DNA of 64,000 nucleotides from positions 56,184,303-56,248,302 of the forward strand of contig NC_068997.1 in assembly GCF_001194135.2 (NCBI RefSeq), in the 5' to 3' direction. The stretch comes from Octopus bimaculoides. Lineage: Eukaryota. Below, piece by piece: positions 50,136 to 64,000 of this stretch. The number at the start of each line of letters is the position of its first letter. Position 1 is the first letter of the stretch. Made by a program: the position numbers and the translations under genes. The notes beneath the pieces are model-generated. The model did not search any database and was not told where the DNA came from. It saw nothing but the letters and a program-made list of their open reading frames with translations.

Positions 50136-53100
50136 AACTGTTTCTAGATGATGACAAAGGCATCTAAGAATTAGATGATGGTGCTGAATCAGGTAACAAT
50201 TAAGTCTATCCCTTGTCTGTATTGAGGTGAAGACTGATTTTCTGACAGATTTTAAGGTTTCTGGTGTATTTGTGGCACAAAAAATGATTTATTCAGTATA
50301 TTATCATGAAACCAAAACAGGGACTCATTTGGAAATAACTGTAGCTATGACAGCGTCAGACAGCTCTAGCAAGATACAGTGGCATCAGGAAGGGCATCTA
50401 AGTCATAGAAACCATGACAAAGCAGGCAGTAGATCACGATGTAGTCTTTGGTCCCAGCAGATCTTGTCAAACCACCCAACTCATGCCAGCATGGAACAGA
50501 GATATTAATGGTGATGTGAGGATGATTCACATAAACAGAAACTTTTCTTGATGTTTGTAACGAAAGAGCAAGATGCAAAAATACTTTAAAGAGGAGGGAG
50601 TATTTATTTATTTTTTTGTTTCATTATTTAATAAAGCTCAGTTTAAGCTATAGCTAAGTTGGAGTTGAGATTTATTACACGAAACATTCAAAAAGCTATC
50701 TAGAATTATAAATTCAGTGATACAAATGTAATATTCATGATTGATTATAATTGTTTATATTATTTTAGGAAGACAACTTAGGTCATGTTTCAGTCTTGTT
50801 ATGACCTCATCAGAAAGACAGACTTTACTATACATGCTGACATATGCTTATTTATATCTAATTAGCAAGCCTTTAAAGCTTTCTTCATCAAATATGTTAA
50901 CACTAACTTTATTATTGTTAAAATGGATGGCATTAACTTATACCTAACCAAAATGTTGCCATATTTGACACAAACAACAGCCATAATTTATCAAATTTAT
51001 CATCTTTAGTTGTTATAGCATTTTTCTTTTTTTTTTTTTTCCTTCTCTCAGCAAATTAATTGCATCTGCTCAGATCAGCAGAAAATAAGAAATCCATGCT
51101 TTTAGTTTTCAGCTGACTTTGATAATTCAGTTAAAAATTGTTAAACCAAAATTAAAACTTGTCTGAAATCGCAAAGATTTTCTCTTCCTATTTACAATGA
51201 TAACACTGTGAATCAGAAATTTTGTTTTTGTTTATTTATGAACACACTAGTTGCAAAAATTTGATTTTCAAAATTTCAAAATTTTTATTCTTGTTTTTTT
51301 TTCTTTTTAATTTCCTAAAATCAGATTGTATCTATTTTGTGAAGTGTTAATTCTTCCAATACTTTAATTCTGTATGTATATTTTGGGGTGTGTGTGTTTG
51401 CGTGTGTGTGTGTGTGTGCCTGAACACATGTATGTGTAAGTCTATAATTTAAAGATGTTGGAAGATAATTGTCACTTTTCTTATCAAATTTATTTCTATG
51501 AATATTCTAGTGAGAAGCTTTGATTACCAGTGTCTCTCATCCACACTGAAAGTGATGTTTATGGTTATCAGTAGGGCAACAAAATTTGTAAATTGCATTG
51601 GTTAACAGTTTCTTAACTCTTCTGTTAATCTTGCTTCTATGCTAATCTTTAATTCTGCCTCTAATTAGTTCTTGTTTATCACTCAGATTGATTTGCTTCA
51701 TCTGAAGGCAATATTCAACACATATTTATTTATATAAAACGAAAGTCTTACTGTTTTCTGCTGAGTTTATTTTATACATACATTATATATACTTGTCGAG
51801 TATGGATTGATTTGTAGCCTGGGGTAGTTCCATTTTTAGGTGGAAGGGCTGTCTGGTGCCAGATAACAGTGCAATTAATATTTTAATTTATTTGTTGAAA
51901 GTTTGTAATTTAAATGAGACCGAGTCAAAATAACCCTTAAATTTGATGTAAATTAATTTGAAAAGGAAATAATTAAGCATCATATTAGATTTTGGTTCTT
52001 AAAGAAGAAATTAAGAAATTAGGAAAACTTGAAATATAAGGTTAGCCTACTAATTTGAATAAAGATTGAAATAAAGTTAAGAAAAAGCCCAGTAAATGTA
52101 TAAAATATTGTGAAGACATCCAGAAACTGGAAAAAAATTCTTCAACTGGGATTCTCGAACTGTCCCACAACCCATCATCTCTAAAGTTTATTTTATATTG
52201 ACTTCAATTCAATTAAATGACACTAGGAGCTGATAACAATAATACAGAAAATAATAACCAAGAATGTTTAAACACACAATTCATCATTTAATATAATCCT
52301 TTCTACAGTAAGCACAAGATCTTAATTTGAAATCTCTTTTATTGAACAGTTTTGGTTTCTTTGGTTTTACTCCCATCTCTTTTAGTACTCAACCATTTAT
52401 TTAATGTGCCACCAAACTGATCTACTTTGCAGTGCTCAGAAACAGCTATCTCTCTCAAATGCCCTCAGTCATGTGTGCCAACCAAATCATAAAACCACTT
52501 GGTACAATACTTGATAGTCTCGTACTAACAACACATTTCTCTAAATTTTGATTCTTTTTCTTTCTTCTTTTTGAAAAGTAGAATCTTTCCTAAAATATTT
52601 TATGTTCAATAAATAACCTTAATAATTTATACTTTTGCTCAATTTTATTTACAGTAAATGCTGTCCTGTGGCCCTTGTCTTCTATGAATTATTCATAAAT
52701 CTTTTATATTACATTAAATATGGTAAAAATAAAACATGCTGTCTTTATGACCCTCAAAGAAATTTAGAACACCCTTCTCTTGGTCATCACCGACAGATTG
52801 TGGACAGTTGCCTTATTGAATATGATTAAGCATATTTAAACCCTGTTAACAGTTAGTTTAATAAGAAGCCTAATTTTAATTATGTTTAAGCCATTTAAAT
52901 TCTGCTTTTGTTTTGTCTGCAGCTAAAATAATTTTTCATTTGTGTAAGTTTGCTCCATAGTTTAACAATTTAAACATATAAAAGAATTTAAGAGAATCTT
53001 TGAATGCTCTTCTCTGAGCTGTCCATGATATGGCATCCAGTTACATACTAAATACATTGCAACTAAAATTCATCCTTTTAACCACCATTCACTGATATGG

Positions 53101-54613
53101 ACTCTACTGGCTTCACAAAATCAATGCTGTCTGACTACTACTTATAATATTTCTGTCTATAAATTTTGGCCGACCTGTTTTCATTTCCAGCTTCAGAAAT
53201 CCATAAAATATTGGAATATTACATTCTTCAGCATTTCACTCTGATATTGAATTAGCTTACATTACAAATAGAAAAATTACATTAAAACTATTCCTATATC
53301 TCTACCATATTCCGAACTTCACTTTAGTCAGTTGTAATGAAAGCGGCACATTTACAATGCCTAATCTGATTACAGCTAATTGTTAACTTCTCAAATAGAC
53401 TTCTTGTAGAGTTGTTGAAATGTTCTGGTGTACTTTAAGTGATTTCAAAGTGTTCAGATTTCTTGTAATGAATGAAGAATGAACTTGATCCTATATTTAG
53501 TTTACTGCACCAGTTTTAATGCAGGCAAGTTTAAGTCGACTTTAATAATATAGAAACTAAACTATTGTTACTAGGAAGAAAAGTTCACTCACAATAAACT
53601 TCCATAAAATAATGATGTTTGTGAAGAAAATTATTTATTTAGACTCTGTTAGAATTCTGTTTTCAATATTTTGTATTCAAATTCCAGTGAGTATTGACTT
53701 TGTTATTTGCGTTTTCTCTGATTGATTAAATAAAGATTGTTATTGGCAGATTAACAGAAGATCAAAACTAGTTTGATGCTACGGGCCCCAAACTTGTAGG
53801 GTTTCACATTTCTTTGAAACATCGGTTTTGCAAAACAAGTTTGTAAACTTTTATAAAAGACAAATATTTTTAAAAAATGGTTTTCTTATTAACAATTAAC
53901 CGTTTTATTTTAAAAGCAGGTTTAGTATTATATTTTCTCAATTTATTAATTTAATTTACTTTGTCCAGAACAATCAAATGATTTTTAATAGCCTAAGAGC
54001 AAATATTTTGAGAGATGAGAAAAGTTGATTCAATCGACCCCATTATTTGTCTGGTATCTTTTTTATTGATGCTGGAGGCATGACAAACAAAATAAAATTT
54101 GCATCCTGAATGATAAATGAAATACAACTAAGAATGTATTTAAAAAACCCAAAACATTTGGCCTGACTTTCTGCTAGTTATGCCAATTATATTTTCTGTC
54201 ATTCTTGTTTTAGAGTTATTGAAACTTTGGTCTTTTGTCCAAAATAACTAAAATTCTAAAACATTGACAAGAACAATGGTTTCCAATGATGTGTTAAAAG
54301 GGGGTACAATCAATTGGCCAGTTTGAAAATAATCTTTGGAACATTTTCAAATTTTGGTATTTTTCATGGAATTTATTCAAAAAAATTTTCACAAACTTTA
54401 TACTTTATTTATCAGGATTCTTTTCTTTCTGACTGCATTTCTTAAATGGGGGACACTCATTTGCAAGTGTTTTTTAGCTTCAAACTGAACTACAGTGAAG
54501 GAAAAATACAAGCAACCAAATCAGGGATGTACAATGACAGGTTTTCATACTTTATGATATATCTGATGTGCTTCATAATGACACACAAACAGAAACACAC
54601 ACACACACACACA

Positions 54614-54668
<55 letters not shown>

Positions 54669-55299
54669 AATAATATTTGTGTGCTTTACTACAGTATGTA
54701 TATATGTGTGTGTGTATGTGGATATCTATATTGGTGAGTGTGGAGTAAGAAAATGAAACTTTTGCATCAAACATCACCCTTAAATAAGAGAAAATAAACA
54801 ATAATTCATTTCATTTGTGAATATGAAGTGATACTTTAAATAATGCAGTCCTAGGTATACTATGCCTGAGAGAAGAACTGGATAGTCTTGAATGGAATAC
54901 TCACTCAGAGCTGGCCTGGGCTCAAACAAATACATCATGATGTTTGTTTGTTGTATGTTTGTGTGTGTGTGTGTGTGTATACATGAATGCATATGTGTGA
55001 GTTGTGAATAGTTAATATATTTGACTTTAGTGCAATGTAAATGTCATTGACCTTTTAACATTCGATAAATAAATATTCAATAAATATTAGAAACAAGTTT
55101 ACTCATGTCGAATGTCGGGAAAAACTGTAATCTTATTAACATGTCAAATTTATTTAATACATCTTTGGTAAAGCTTCCATTGTAAAGTTTAATTAATAAA
55201 AATACATATTTTACTTTATAACAATCGCAATAATTTCAAATGCTACATATTTGGCCAAGATTTATAGAGACATTAACTCAAATGGAACTGAAGCTAGAC

Positions 55300-55700
55300 A
55301 TGGATGTATGGAGATGAAGATCACTTTGCAGTCATGTGGTTTTGGTTTCAACTCACTGTACAGCAACGTGGGATGTGTGTGTCTTCAGTTATAGCCCCGG
55401 GTGAACCAATGTTTTGTGTAATGGTTGCCTTCCAAGAAGTCAATCCAGGTTCAACTCTTGGCTGATGCAGGCATTATCTTTCACGTGTTGGTGCCACATA
55501 AAAAGCACCCAGTGCACTCTGTAAAGTGGTTGACAGTAAGAAGGGCATCCAGAGTGAGAAACCATGTCAGAACAGACAATGGAACCTGGTAAGGCTCCCA
55601 TCTTTACCAACTCCTCTCAAACCATCCAATCCATACCAGCTTGGAAAATGGACATTAAATGATGACGATGATGATGGTGGTGATGACGATGATGGTGATG
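55300..55700 (+). mobile_element. SINE remnants (family A-like head followed by family C tail)
   Basis: GTTTCAACTCACTGTACAGCAACGTGGG...GTCTTCAGTTATAGCCCCGGG, then AAAAGCACCCAGTGCACTCTGTAAAGTGG...GGAAAATGGACATTAAATGATG. Confidence 0.6.
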
Positions 55701-55965
55701 ATACTGTGCTGAGTACATCATTGGAAACATGGTCTCCAAAAGGTTAAACATTGTTGTCTCCTGTTGAGATCGTTGTTTAATGCCCAGCCTGGTTTTTTGG
55801 GTTCAACAGATGTTTCCAAACTAATTATAAGTGATTCAGTCCCTGGATAATATAAGTCCGTTCAATCAGGACTCGCCTAGGTGCCAATGAAAAACAATAA
55901 AAGCAACAACAACAAGCTGTCTACTGAGACAAAGCAACAGCTTCGTCTCTCTCTCTCTCTCTCTC

Positions 55966-56051
<86 letters not shown>

Positions 56052-56248
56052 CACTCACAGACTCAGTTCCTTAATGAAATTTACTTGTAAGCTTCTCACT
56101 TTAGCAAAGTGCAAAGATTTCTCTGTAGAGTTTTTACATTTATATAACAACCCATTAATCTTTCTCTGGCTTAAACAGAGTTGAATCAAGCATAACTTCC
56201 TCCACATCCTCCTCCTCCTCCTCCACCTCTTCCTCGTCGTCATCAGTG

Positions 56249-56282
<34 letters not shown>

Positions 56283-56373
56283 TGCCATCAACATCATCGT
56301 TACTATCATCATTATCATTACCATCATCACTACCACCGCCAACACCACCACCACCACCACCACCATCACCACC

Positions 56374-56404
<31 letters not shown>

Positions 56405-56849
56405 CAGCCATCATAATCATGATCAATCATTGCTTCATCAAAGTAATTAGATATAACACTGATGAAGCAGTAACGCAGCCTCCCTGTAGTATTTCAACTT
56501 ACTCGAATAAACAGTATTCATAAACACAAAACACATTAGATAACATACTCCAAGGTACACTGTGGCTGGCAAGCAGAATACAACAAGTATTTTGGTTGTA
56601 CGACAATGAAACTGACAAAATTGCTTATAATATAATAAGAATATAAATTCTTCATAAACCAATGACCGTTTGGAAATAGCCTCATCAGTGTTGCATCGTT
56701 CGACCATTGCATGTTTTAGATCTTAGATCCAGAAGTGTAGGAATGGAATTTGCTTTGAGAGCGCAAATCCAGGTCCAAAACTGTTTATAACAAGGTCGGA
56801 TTTTATCAATCTTATTATCAAAACAAACACAGGAATAAAAATAATAATA

Positions 56850-56880
<31 letters not shown>

Positions 56881-59353
56881 TCGTGTGAGGTGGCAAAAGC
56901 AGTCAGGATTGCTAGCACACCTTGTTTCTTTCATGCACAAAGTCATCTTGGAGACCCTGAAAAAGAAAAGAAGAAAAAAGCAAAATTAACAGTTTTCTTC
57001 AAAGATTTGTGGGTTCTATTTTTTTGTTTTTGGTGGGGGAGGGGACACCCTGTATGATCCTCTAACATAGGTAGTTGCAATGGTGGTGGAGATGATAATG
57101 ATGATGATGATGATAATGGTGATGCTGCTGCTACTGGTGGTGGTGGTGGTGATGGTGGTGATGACAGCTCTGATGACGATAGTGTGCTGTGTGAGGGTGA
57201 TTCTTTGGCTATTTTTAACAGGTCAAATGACCATATATAGACTCTCTCATTCACTGAAACCTAATATGCTTATTTTACTGTTGGCCATTTCCAGATAACT
57301 CACAGAATCTCTGCCAATAAATATTGTTCCAGTTAAGAACTTCCCCAATTTCTGTAAGAGGAATACAATAGAAATTTTGGTAAGTACCAGCATATGGCAT
57401 TATATTGGAAAGATTTGTTAGTTTCCTTAACTGATAGGTCAGCTTTGTTTTGTTTTCAGAGTTGAACTGGGAAAAAAGAAAAATAATGCCAACTGCAGTT
57501 CATTGGAATAATAACTATAGACAAAAGTTGCATTAAATCATGGTTAAGCAAGGAAATAAACACAGACATTTTGTATGCTCTGTTATCTGGTAACCATGAT
57601 GGTTAGTATAAGAAACAATATGAAGACTACACTGAAGGAAGATAGTTGAAAGCTTGGAGACAGAATGTCTGAATATAATTAAATATGAAATTTTGTTTAG
57701 TGTTAGATAGAAATCTGAAGTAAAAATTGAAAATGAAACTAAAGTTTGAAGATGGTATTATCTATTTAAAGCAAATATGTATAAAAAGAAAAATCACAAT
57801 TTATTATAAAAACCAAATAAGATAGAAATAGTGTTTATTTTAACAAGAGCTCTGCCATAATTATTATAACAAAATATTTCTATGAACAGTGATTGCTAAC
57901 TCGTCCTTGACAGCAGGAATTCACAGATTTCTTCTCCTCTCAATATGTAATTAATATTTCATATAGTTTTAATAACTTTTATTGAACACATGTACAAAAT
58001 AGTTGAGACATATAACAATAACCTTAACCTAAGTGTTTATAGGTTTAGAAGTTGTCCTGATATATTTGCACTCTAGAGTCATCCAACTCTAGAGTCGTCC
58101 AAGTCTAATTTTAGGTGGTGAGCTAGCAGAATTGGTAGCATGGCATGAAAAAGGCTTAGCAGCATTTGTACATTTGTACATTCTGAATTTAAATGCTGCC
58201 AAGGTCGACTTTGCCCTTCATCCTTTCAGTTTCACTAAAATAAGTACCATTTGTGGACTAGGGTTGATGTAATCCACTCCCAAGCACTTGCTGGTCTTTT
58301 GCAGGATTTGGCCAGTTTGAACTGAGAGTCAATTGAATATTTTAGTCTGATGTGTCTGCTTTAAATACTAAAAGGCCAAAGCAATCATAGCAATATGCAG
58401 CAAGCATTCGCTCTTGTTTTCGATACCTGTGTAGTTGCAAATAAACACAAACATTTTCTCATCACCCTCTCACCTGATATATTTGTTAATTAATTCAACA
58501 ATTAATGTATAAATGGTTTGTAGCTGTATTATGATTAACATATTGAATAATCAATCTGTGAATTATCTTCAGTAACGTTTATTGATAACAATAAACATTT
58601 TATATATCCACAATTCACAGTTTGTTGTATGTATGCTTTATGTTTGAATTAAGAAATATTGAAATTGTCAAGAGATGAGAGACAGGACAACTTGTATAAA
58701 CTTTGAATACACTTAGTCTCTGGTTACAACAAGAATAGTCTCTTAGGGAGAAAGTCGAGGAATGAACATTATCTCGTTAAAACTCTGACTAAACATACAC
58801 AACCTCCAGCAGCAATGAGATACTCCATTCCAAGAAGCAAATGTCAGCATCCCAAAAGACCTTGAATTCTTCATGAAGCCTTTAGACACCGAAATTAATC
58901 TTTGCTTTATGTCTGTCAATGCCCACCTGAAGCTGATGCCAAAGACGATGGAATGGAAAAAATCAAAATCAATTCTGGTCAGTAATTATCAGATACAGTA
59001 ATTTTAAGTACTTGTGGAAATTATAGCCTCAGCATGAAACTATAAGATTCACCAGTGATTTAAACTTTCGAATTTGAGCAAAGCTGTCTCTTACAACTTG
59101 AAATGATTTTATACAAAACTGCAAAATTGCTGTAGACATAAGTTTACGTAATCACACTTGCATTCACACTTGCTGACACAATAACATATGCACACACAGA
59201 CACACACAGATACATACATATACACAGTATCACTCATGACACATAAATTAATATTTGTTGTTTCCATTTTATAGAATATCAATAATATAAAATTACATAC
59301 CTACAGACTCACACACATCAATATTAAGGGTGGCTTGTTCGCAATTTTATAAT

Positions 59354-59608
59354 GAAGGTGATTGAGGGCGCTGGTCATTATGAATATTACTAAAAATAAG
59401 AGTTAAAACGACTCATAGCTACATGAAACGCCCTATCTTAATGACTGACAAGAGAGGCAAACTCCCTCAGTGCTAGGCAAGAGTCACTGACAAGGGAGCT
59501 CATCTCCCTTGTCAGTCATAAAGATAAGGTGCTTCTTGTGGCTATTAGGTGTTTTAACTCTTATTTTTAGCAATATTGGTATGCTCACTAGTGTCCTCAG
59601 TCACTTTG
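59354..59608. mobile_element. Fold-back element/MITE: about 115-bp inverted arms around a nested hairpin
   Basis: TAAAAATAAGAGTTAAAACGACTCATAGCTACATGAAACGCCCTATCTTAATGACTGACAAGAGAG pairs with CTCCCTTGTCAGTCATAAAGATAAGGTGCTTCTTGTGGCTATTAGGTGTTTTAACTCTTATTTTTA (about 80% by eye). The arms extend outward to about 59354 and 59608. Confidence 0.85.
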
Positions 59609-59612
59609 GCGA

Positions 59613-59673
<61 letters not shown>

Positions 59674-60305
59674 GTTCTATTTTATTAAGACACCATTAAT
59701 GATCCTTTTTCTTTACCAAACATTTTGTTTTTGCGTTTAAAGACTTCCCATAAAACTCAGAACTACTCTAAGACTTGCTAATTATCATATTTACAAGAAA
59801 CTTTTTAAAACCTATACAAGCTGATAAATAAATAAATAAGATATGAAAGCAGAAACCAAACACAAAGCAGACAACATTTCAATTGTAAATCAGAGATCTG
59901 ATATAAAATATTTTATTACTACGACTTTGGGGGGAAAAAACCCAGGTGTTGCTGAATTCATATTCCCTATTGACAATGTTGAAGGAAGCTAATAATTAGA
60001 TTGGATACTTGAATAGTCCCCCACCCTCTCCACCATAATCTCATCTGTTTAATACAAAGGTCAAAATATGTCATTTCTATTGACATAGTTTACCTTTAGG
60101 TAGAAATTATTCACTTTAATACATTTCCAAATAGACTCAACATTGAAATTGAAAAGAAATCAGTTACCAAATCTGTGTAATTGAGTGTGTGTGTGTGTGA
60201 GTTTTTGTGTATAGATACATTCATGTATTTATGGTTATATATATATATTTATATATAAATGTATGTATGTGTTTGTGTGTGTGTAGGTATGTATGTATAA
60301 GTATG

Positions 60306-60337
<32 letters not shown>

Positions 60338-60556
60338 TATATATCAACATCATTATTATCTCGTTTTAGCATGATACACACACACACACACACATACACA
60401 CACATCTGTTATATGCAATTCAAGCAGTATTGACTTAAAAGCACCATCTACACATTATACCTAATCTAAATACATCATTGAAAGGCAATTTATTATGGTA
60501 TTTGTCCAGAGATAACATCACTTATAGACTTGCTTTATTTAAGAACAAAATAAAGC

Positions 60557-61019
60557 AGAGGGAGATGAAAATCGTTCCAGCATTGGCTTCTCAAAATAAA
60601 CCAGATGCACTTCTGCCTCATGCGCTCCATCAATGATGTACACTCACAACTAAGGCTTGTCCCCTATATAGAGGCAACTGGGAATAAAATTGCCATTGGT
60701 CTTTCAAATAGTTGACCAGCTGAATATGAATCTATTCCATCAGATTGAAGCAGTATCAAATTAAGCAAGCCTTTTATGCATCATACTAACGTAAATATAT
60801 CGTTGGAAGGCAATTAACTGTGGAATACATCTAGAGAAAACATCTCATATAGATTGATACAGTGATTGTTTTATTTCTTCATTGCTATATATCAACCTAG
60901 GCATATCTTGTCTAAGCATGAGGCTGGCTGTCATTACATACCATTGATAGAGCCCAAACAAGCAGAAATGCATCTGGCATTCCTACTAGCCACTGCTTGA
61001 ATGATTTTCATCTCACTCT
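60557..61019. mobile_element. 463-bp MITE-like element with about 85-bp imperfect TIRs
   Basis: Left AGAGGGAGATGAAAATCGTTCCAGCATTGGCT...CCAGATGCACTTCTGC...GCTCCATCAATG vs reverse complement of the right end AGAGTGAGATGAAAATCATTCAAGCAGTGGCT...CCAGATGCATTTCTGC...GCTCTATCAATG. No TSD recognisable. Confidence 0.8.
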
Positions 61020-61957
61020 ACATACATACATACGTACACACACACACACACGTACATACAGAGAGAAAAAGAAGATATCCATGTCACCTTCCACCTTCCT
61101 CCCAGACTCATTGATCTTTTCCATTCCTCCCTGTCCTCACATGTCATGAAAAAGGGGCCATAGCCCTGAAATATAGAAATATAAACCAAAACAATAACTT
61201 TGTTTTATTTTATTTCTTTTTTTTTAGTTTACTTTATTATATCTTCTTGCATTGTTGCAACCTGACACAAGAAATCTCTTTAAAGAAATTTGTGTCAGTT
61301 TTAATTGTGATTTTTTAATCAAAATGATTATTGATCTTGCATGGACAGTCTTTGGTTTATACCAGAATGAACATTTCCAACTTGGATCCATCATTTTCAT
61401 GTTACCAGTTCTTGTACCTTCTCCATTCTTGTTTTAATCATTGAAATACTAAAGTTCTTATCTGACTACCCAATAGTTGACGAATATTGGTGAGATGGCA
61501 GTGAAATTATTCTGTTCTCAAAACATACTATGAGTGTGTCTCTAAGACTACTAGACAAACTGAAAATAATTACTACTTAATCACTTGATTTCTTGTAATT
61601 ATTTTAATTAACAAAATACTCCTCCATTCTTGTAATGGCAAACTGGATTTGACAGACCTACACTTCCTGATTTCAATTTGAAGTCTGCATGTTTTTAATC
61701 TCTTAGAATCACTTGTATATCCTGTAATATTTCAAGGTTTGAATTATTTGTTTTTGAATTCATATTATGAATTTGAATTTAAGCCTGCAAGATTCTTGTG
61801 ATAATATTTAGTGTTTCTTCAGCACTCAATGCCAAATGCAGCAGAAAATGGTAAAATGAAATCAGTAGACATTTAGAACATCAAACATACTAAATTAACC
61901 AGAAATATTCAAGAAAAAAAAATTCCTTTTCTAATTTTAGTTGTCATTGTTGTTGCC

Positions 61958-62092
61958 CTTCTTCTTCTTTTTCTTCTTCTTCTTCTTCTTCTTCTTCTTC
62001 TTCTTCTTCTTCTTCTTCTTCTTCTTCTTCTTCTTCTTCTTCTTCTTCTTCTTCTTTTTCTTCTTCTTCTTCTTCTTCTTCTTCTTCTTCTT

Positions 62093-62122
<30 letters not shown>
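61958..62122. repeat. (TTC)n/(GAA)n tract of about 55 units
   Basis: Directly visible, with two TTT interruptions. The window also holds many (TA)n, (CA)n, (CT)n, (TATC)n, (AAT)n, (CAT)n and (CAC)n microsatellites. Confidence 0.95.
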
Positions 62123-62125
<3 letters not shown>

Positions 62126-62823
62126 ATTATTATTATCATCATTATTATTATTATAAAGTTAAACTCAAGAATATAAACCTAATCCATTAATCTTCTTAGA
62201 GTAATCCCAATAAAGAAGGAAATCGTTTGTTGTCAGTTCTTAGTGCCATTGTTGTTGTTGTTGTTGTTGTTGTTGTCATGTATGTTGCTGTCTTTTCTTT
62301 TTTAATTTCTAATCTCATCTTTTTCATTTTCTTTTAAATAAATCTTGAACTAGTTTATCTAAATCATATGGAATTGGATTTAAGATTCCATTTTACTCAT
62401 GGTTTGATCAATAATGGCCTCAGATTTTTCATTTCCATTCTGCTAATTTCTTTCTTTTCTTTTTCTCTCTATTATTTAACTTTGGGATTGAAAACTTACT
62501 GCAAAATCAAAATCAAGACATGTTGAATAAATAAATATAAAATGCAATAAAAAGTTACAATGAAATTAGCATTGTTATGTAAAGTGTGATAACTGCAGTA
62601 AGTCTTATAATTCACTTGTGATTTGGTTTTTTGAAGTTAAATGTTAAGTAATTGTGATAATATTATCAGTAACCAGATTTTTTTTTCCTATTTGTATTCC
62701 ATGGAGATCACTGAACAGCTATATGTGTGTGTATGGGTATGCATATAAGTGTGTCTATGTCTGTATGTGCATGTATGTGCATGTATGTGCATGTATGTAT
62801 GGTTTGTATCTGGTTGTTTTGTA

Positions 62824-62872
<49 letters not shown>

Positions 62873-62962
62873 TGTATGTTTATGTGTCTGCGTATGTGTA
62901 TGTGTGTAATATGTAAATATGTATGTGTATACATGCTTCTATGAGTATATATATACATATAT

Positions 62963-63062
<100 letters not shown>

Positions 63063-63135
63063 GTGCATGTACATATATATGCATTAATGTATGCATAAAT
63101 GTGAGTGTATATGTATACAACTGTATATACATATA

Positions 63136-63173
<38 letters not shown>

Positions 63174-63433
63174 CACGAATGCATATTTCGTTTAAGTTTA
63201 TTTCAAATGCTTTTTGTATTTTTGTTTTTTGTAGACTTCAAGTCAGTCACTAACAAAGTGACAAGGCTTTTCTGCTTACGACAAGACAGACCTGTCAGTC
63301 TACCTGACAGTCTGTATGTTGGCATGCATCAATGTATGTGTATGTGTGTGTAGGTATGAACGTATTTCTTTATATATATATGTGAATATGTATGATTGTA
63401 TGTATATGTTTAATGTTTTTTAACATCTTATAG

Positions 63434-63828
63434 GTGCAGGAGTGGCTGTGTGGTAAGTAGCTTGCTTACCAACCACATGGTTCCGCATTCAGTCCCACTG
63501 CGTGGCACCTTGGGTAAGTGTCTTCTACTATAGCCTCGGGCCGACCAAAGCCTTGTGAGTGGATTTGGTAGACGGAAACTGAAAGAAGCCCGTCGTATAT
63601 ATATATATATGTATGTGTGTATATGTTGTGTATCTGTGTTTGTCCCCCCAACATCGCTTGACAACCGATGCTGGTGTGTTTAGGTCCCCGTAACTTAGCG
63701 GTTCGAAAAAAAGAGACTGATAGAATAAGTACTAGGCTTACAAAGAATAAGTCCTGGGGTCGATTTGATTCGACTAAAGGCGGTGCTCCAGCATGGCCGC
63801 AGTCAAATGACTGAAACAAGTAAAAAAA
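63434..63828 (+). mobile_element. SINE family A, full-length and young-looking copy
   Basis: GCAGGAGTGGCTGTGTGGTAAGTAGCTTGCT...CAGTCCCACTGCGTGGCACCTTGGG...CCAGCATGGCCGCAGTCAAATGACTGAAACAAGTAAAA. It retains many CpGs, unlike the other copies, and resembles octopus tRNA-derived SINEs. Confidence 0.9.
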
Positions 63829-64000
63829 AAATCTAAAAACATAAAGTATTAACTGCAGAAAGGACTCAATACATGGTGTACAGTCCATTTTTTTATTTTA
63901 ACAACTGAGCTTATTGGGACTTCAAAATTTCATTAACCAGGCTTATTACATTGTCCTTATTCTTAGTGCAAGTTTTGAAGAGTGCAGCTCTATTTTAACA

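Noticed and set aside
56457-56485. CTGATGAAGCAGTAACGC
   Set aside because: No GAAA follows.

Overview
Eukaryotic, AT-rich, repeat-dense non-coding DNA. The SINE and LINE types and the microsatellite load look like an octopus (cephalopod) genome; that assignment is my inference from recall. There are five N gaps. I cannot support any intact host gene, RNA gene or CRISPR array, and almost all ORFs in the supplied track are microsatellite read-through. What is recognisable: a decayed Tigger/pogo transposon (1672-3148), two RTE-clade LINE fragments with a PHD-type C4HC3 finger inside the RT region, two Dong/R4 RLE fragments sitting in (TAA)n arrays, smaller mariner, RTE and CR1/L2 relics, at least four SINE families, and three fold-back/MITE-like inverted repeats. 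The best lead is a set of minimal type I hammerhead-ribozyme motifs from several unrelated short repeat families, none next to coding sequence. Three are near-intact (18196-18241, 36046-36081, 47812-47852), one of them with a non-canonical CUGUUGA core. About six more are decayed relics. A few exon-like islands may belong to a host gene with long introns, but this is weak.
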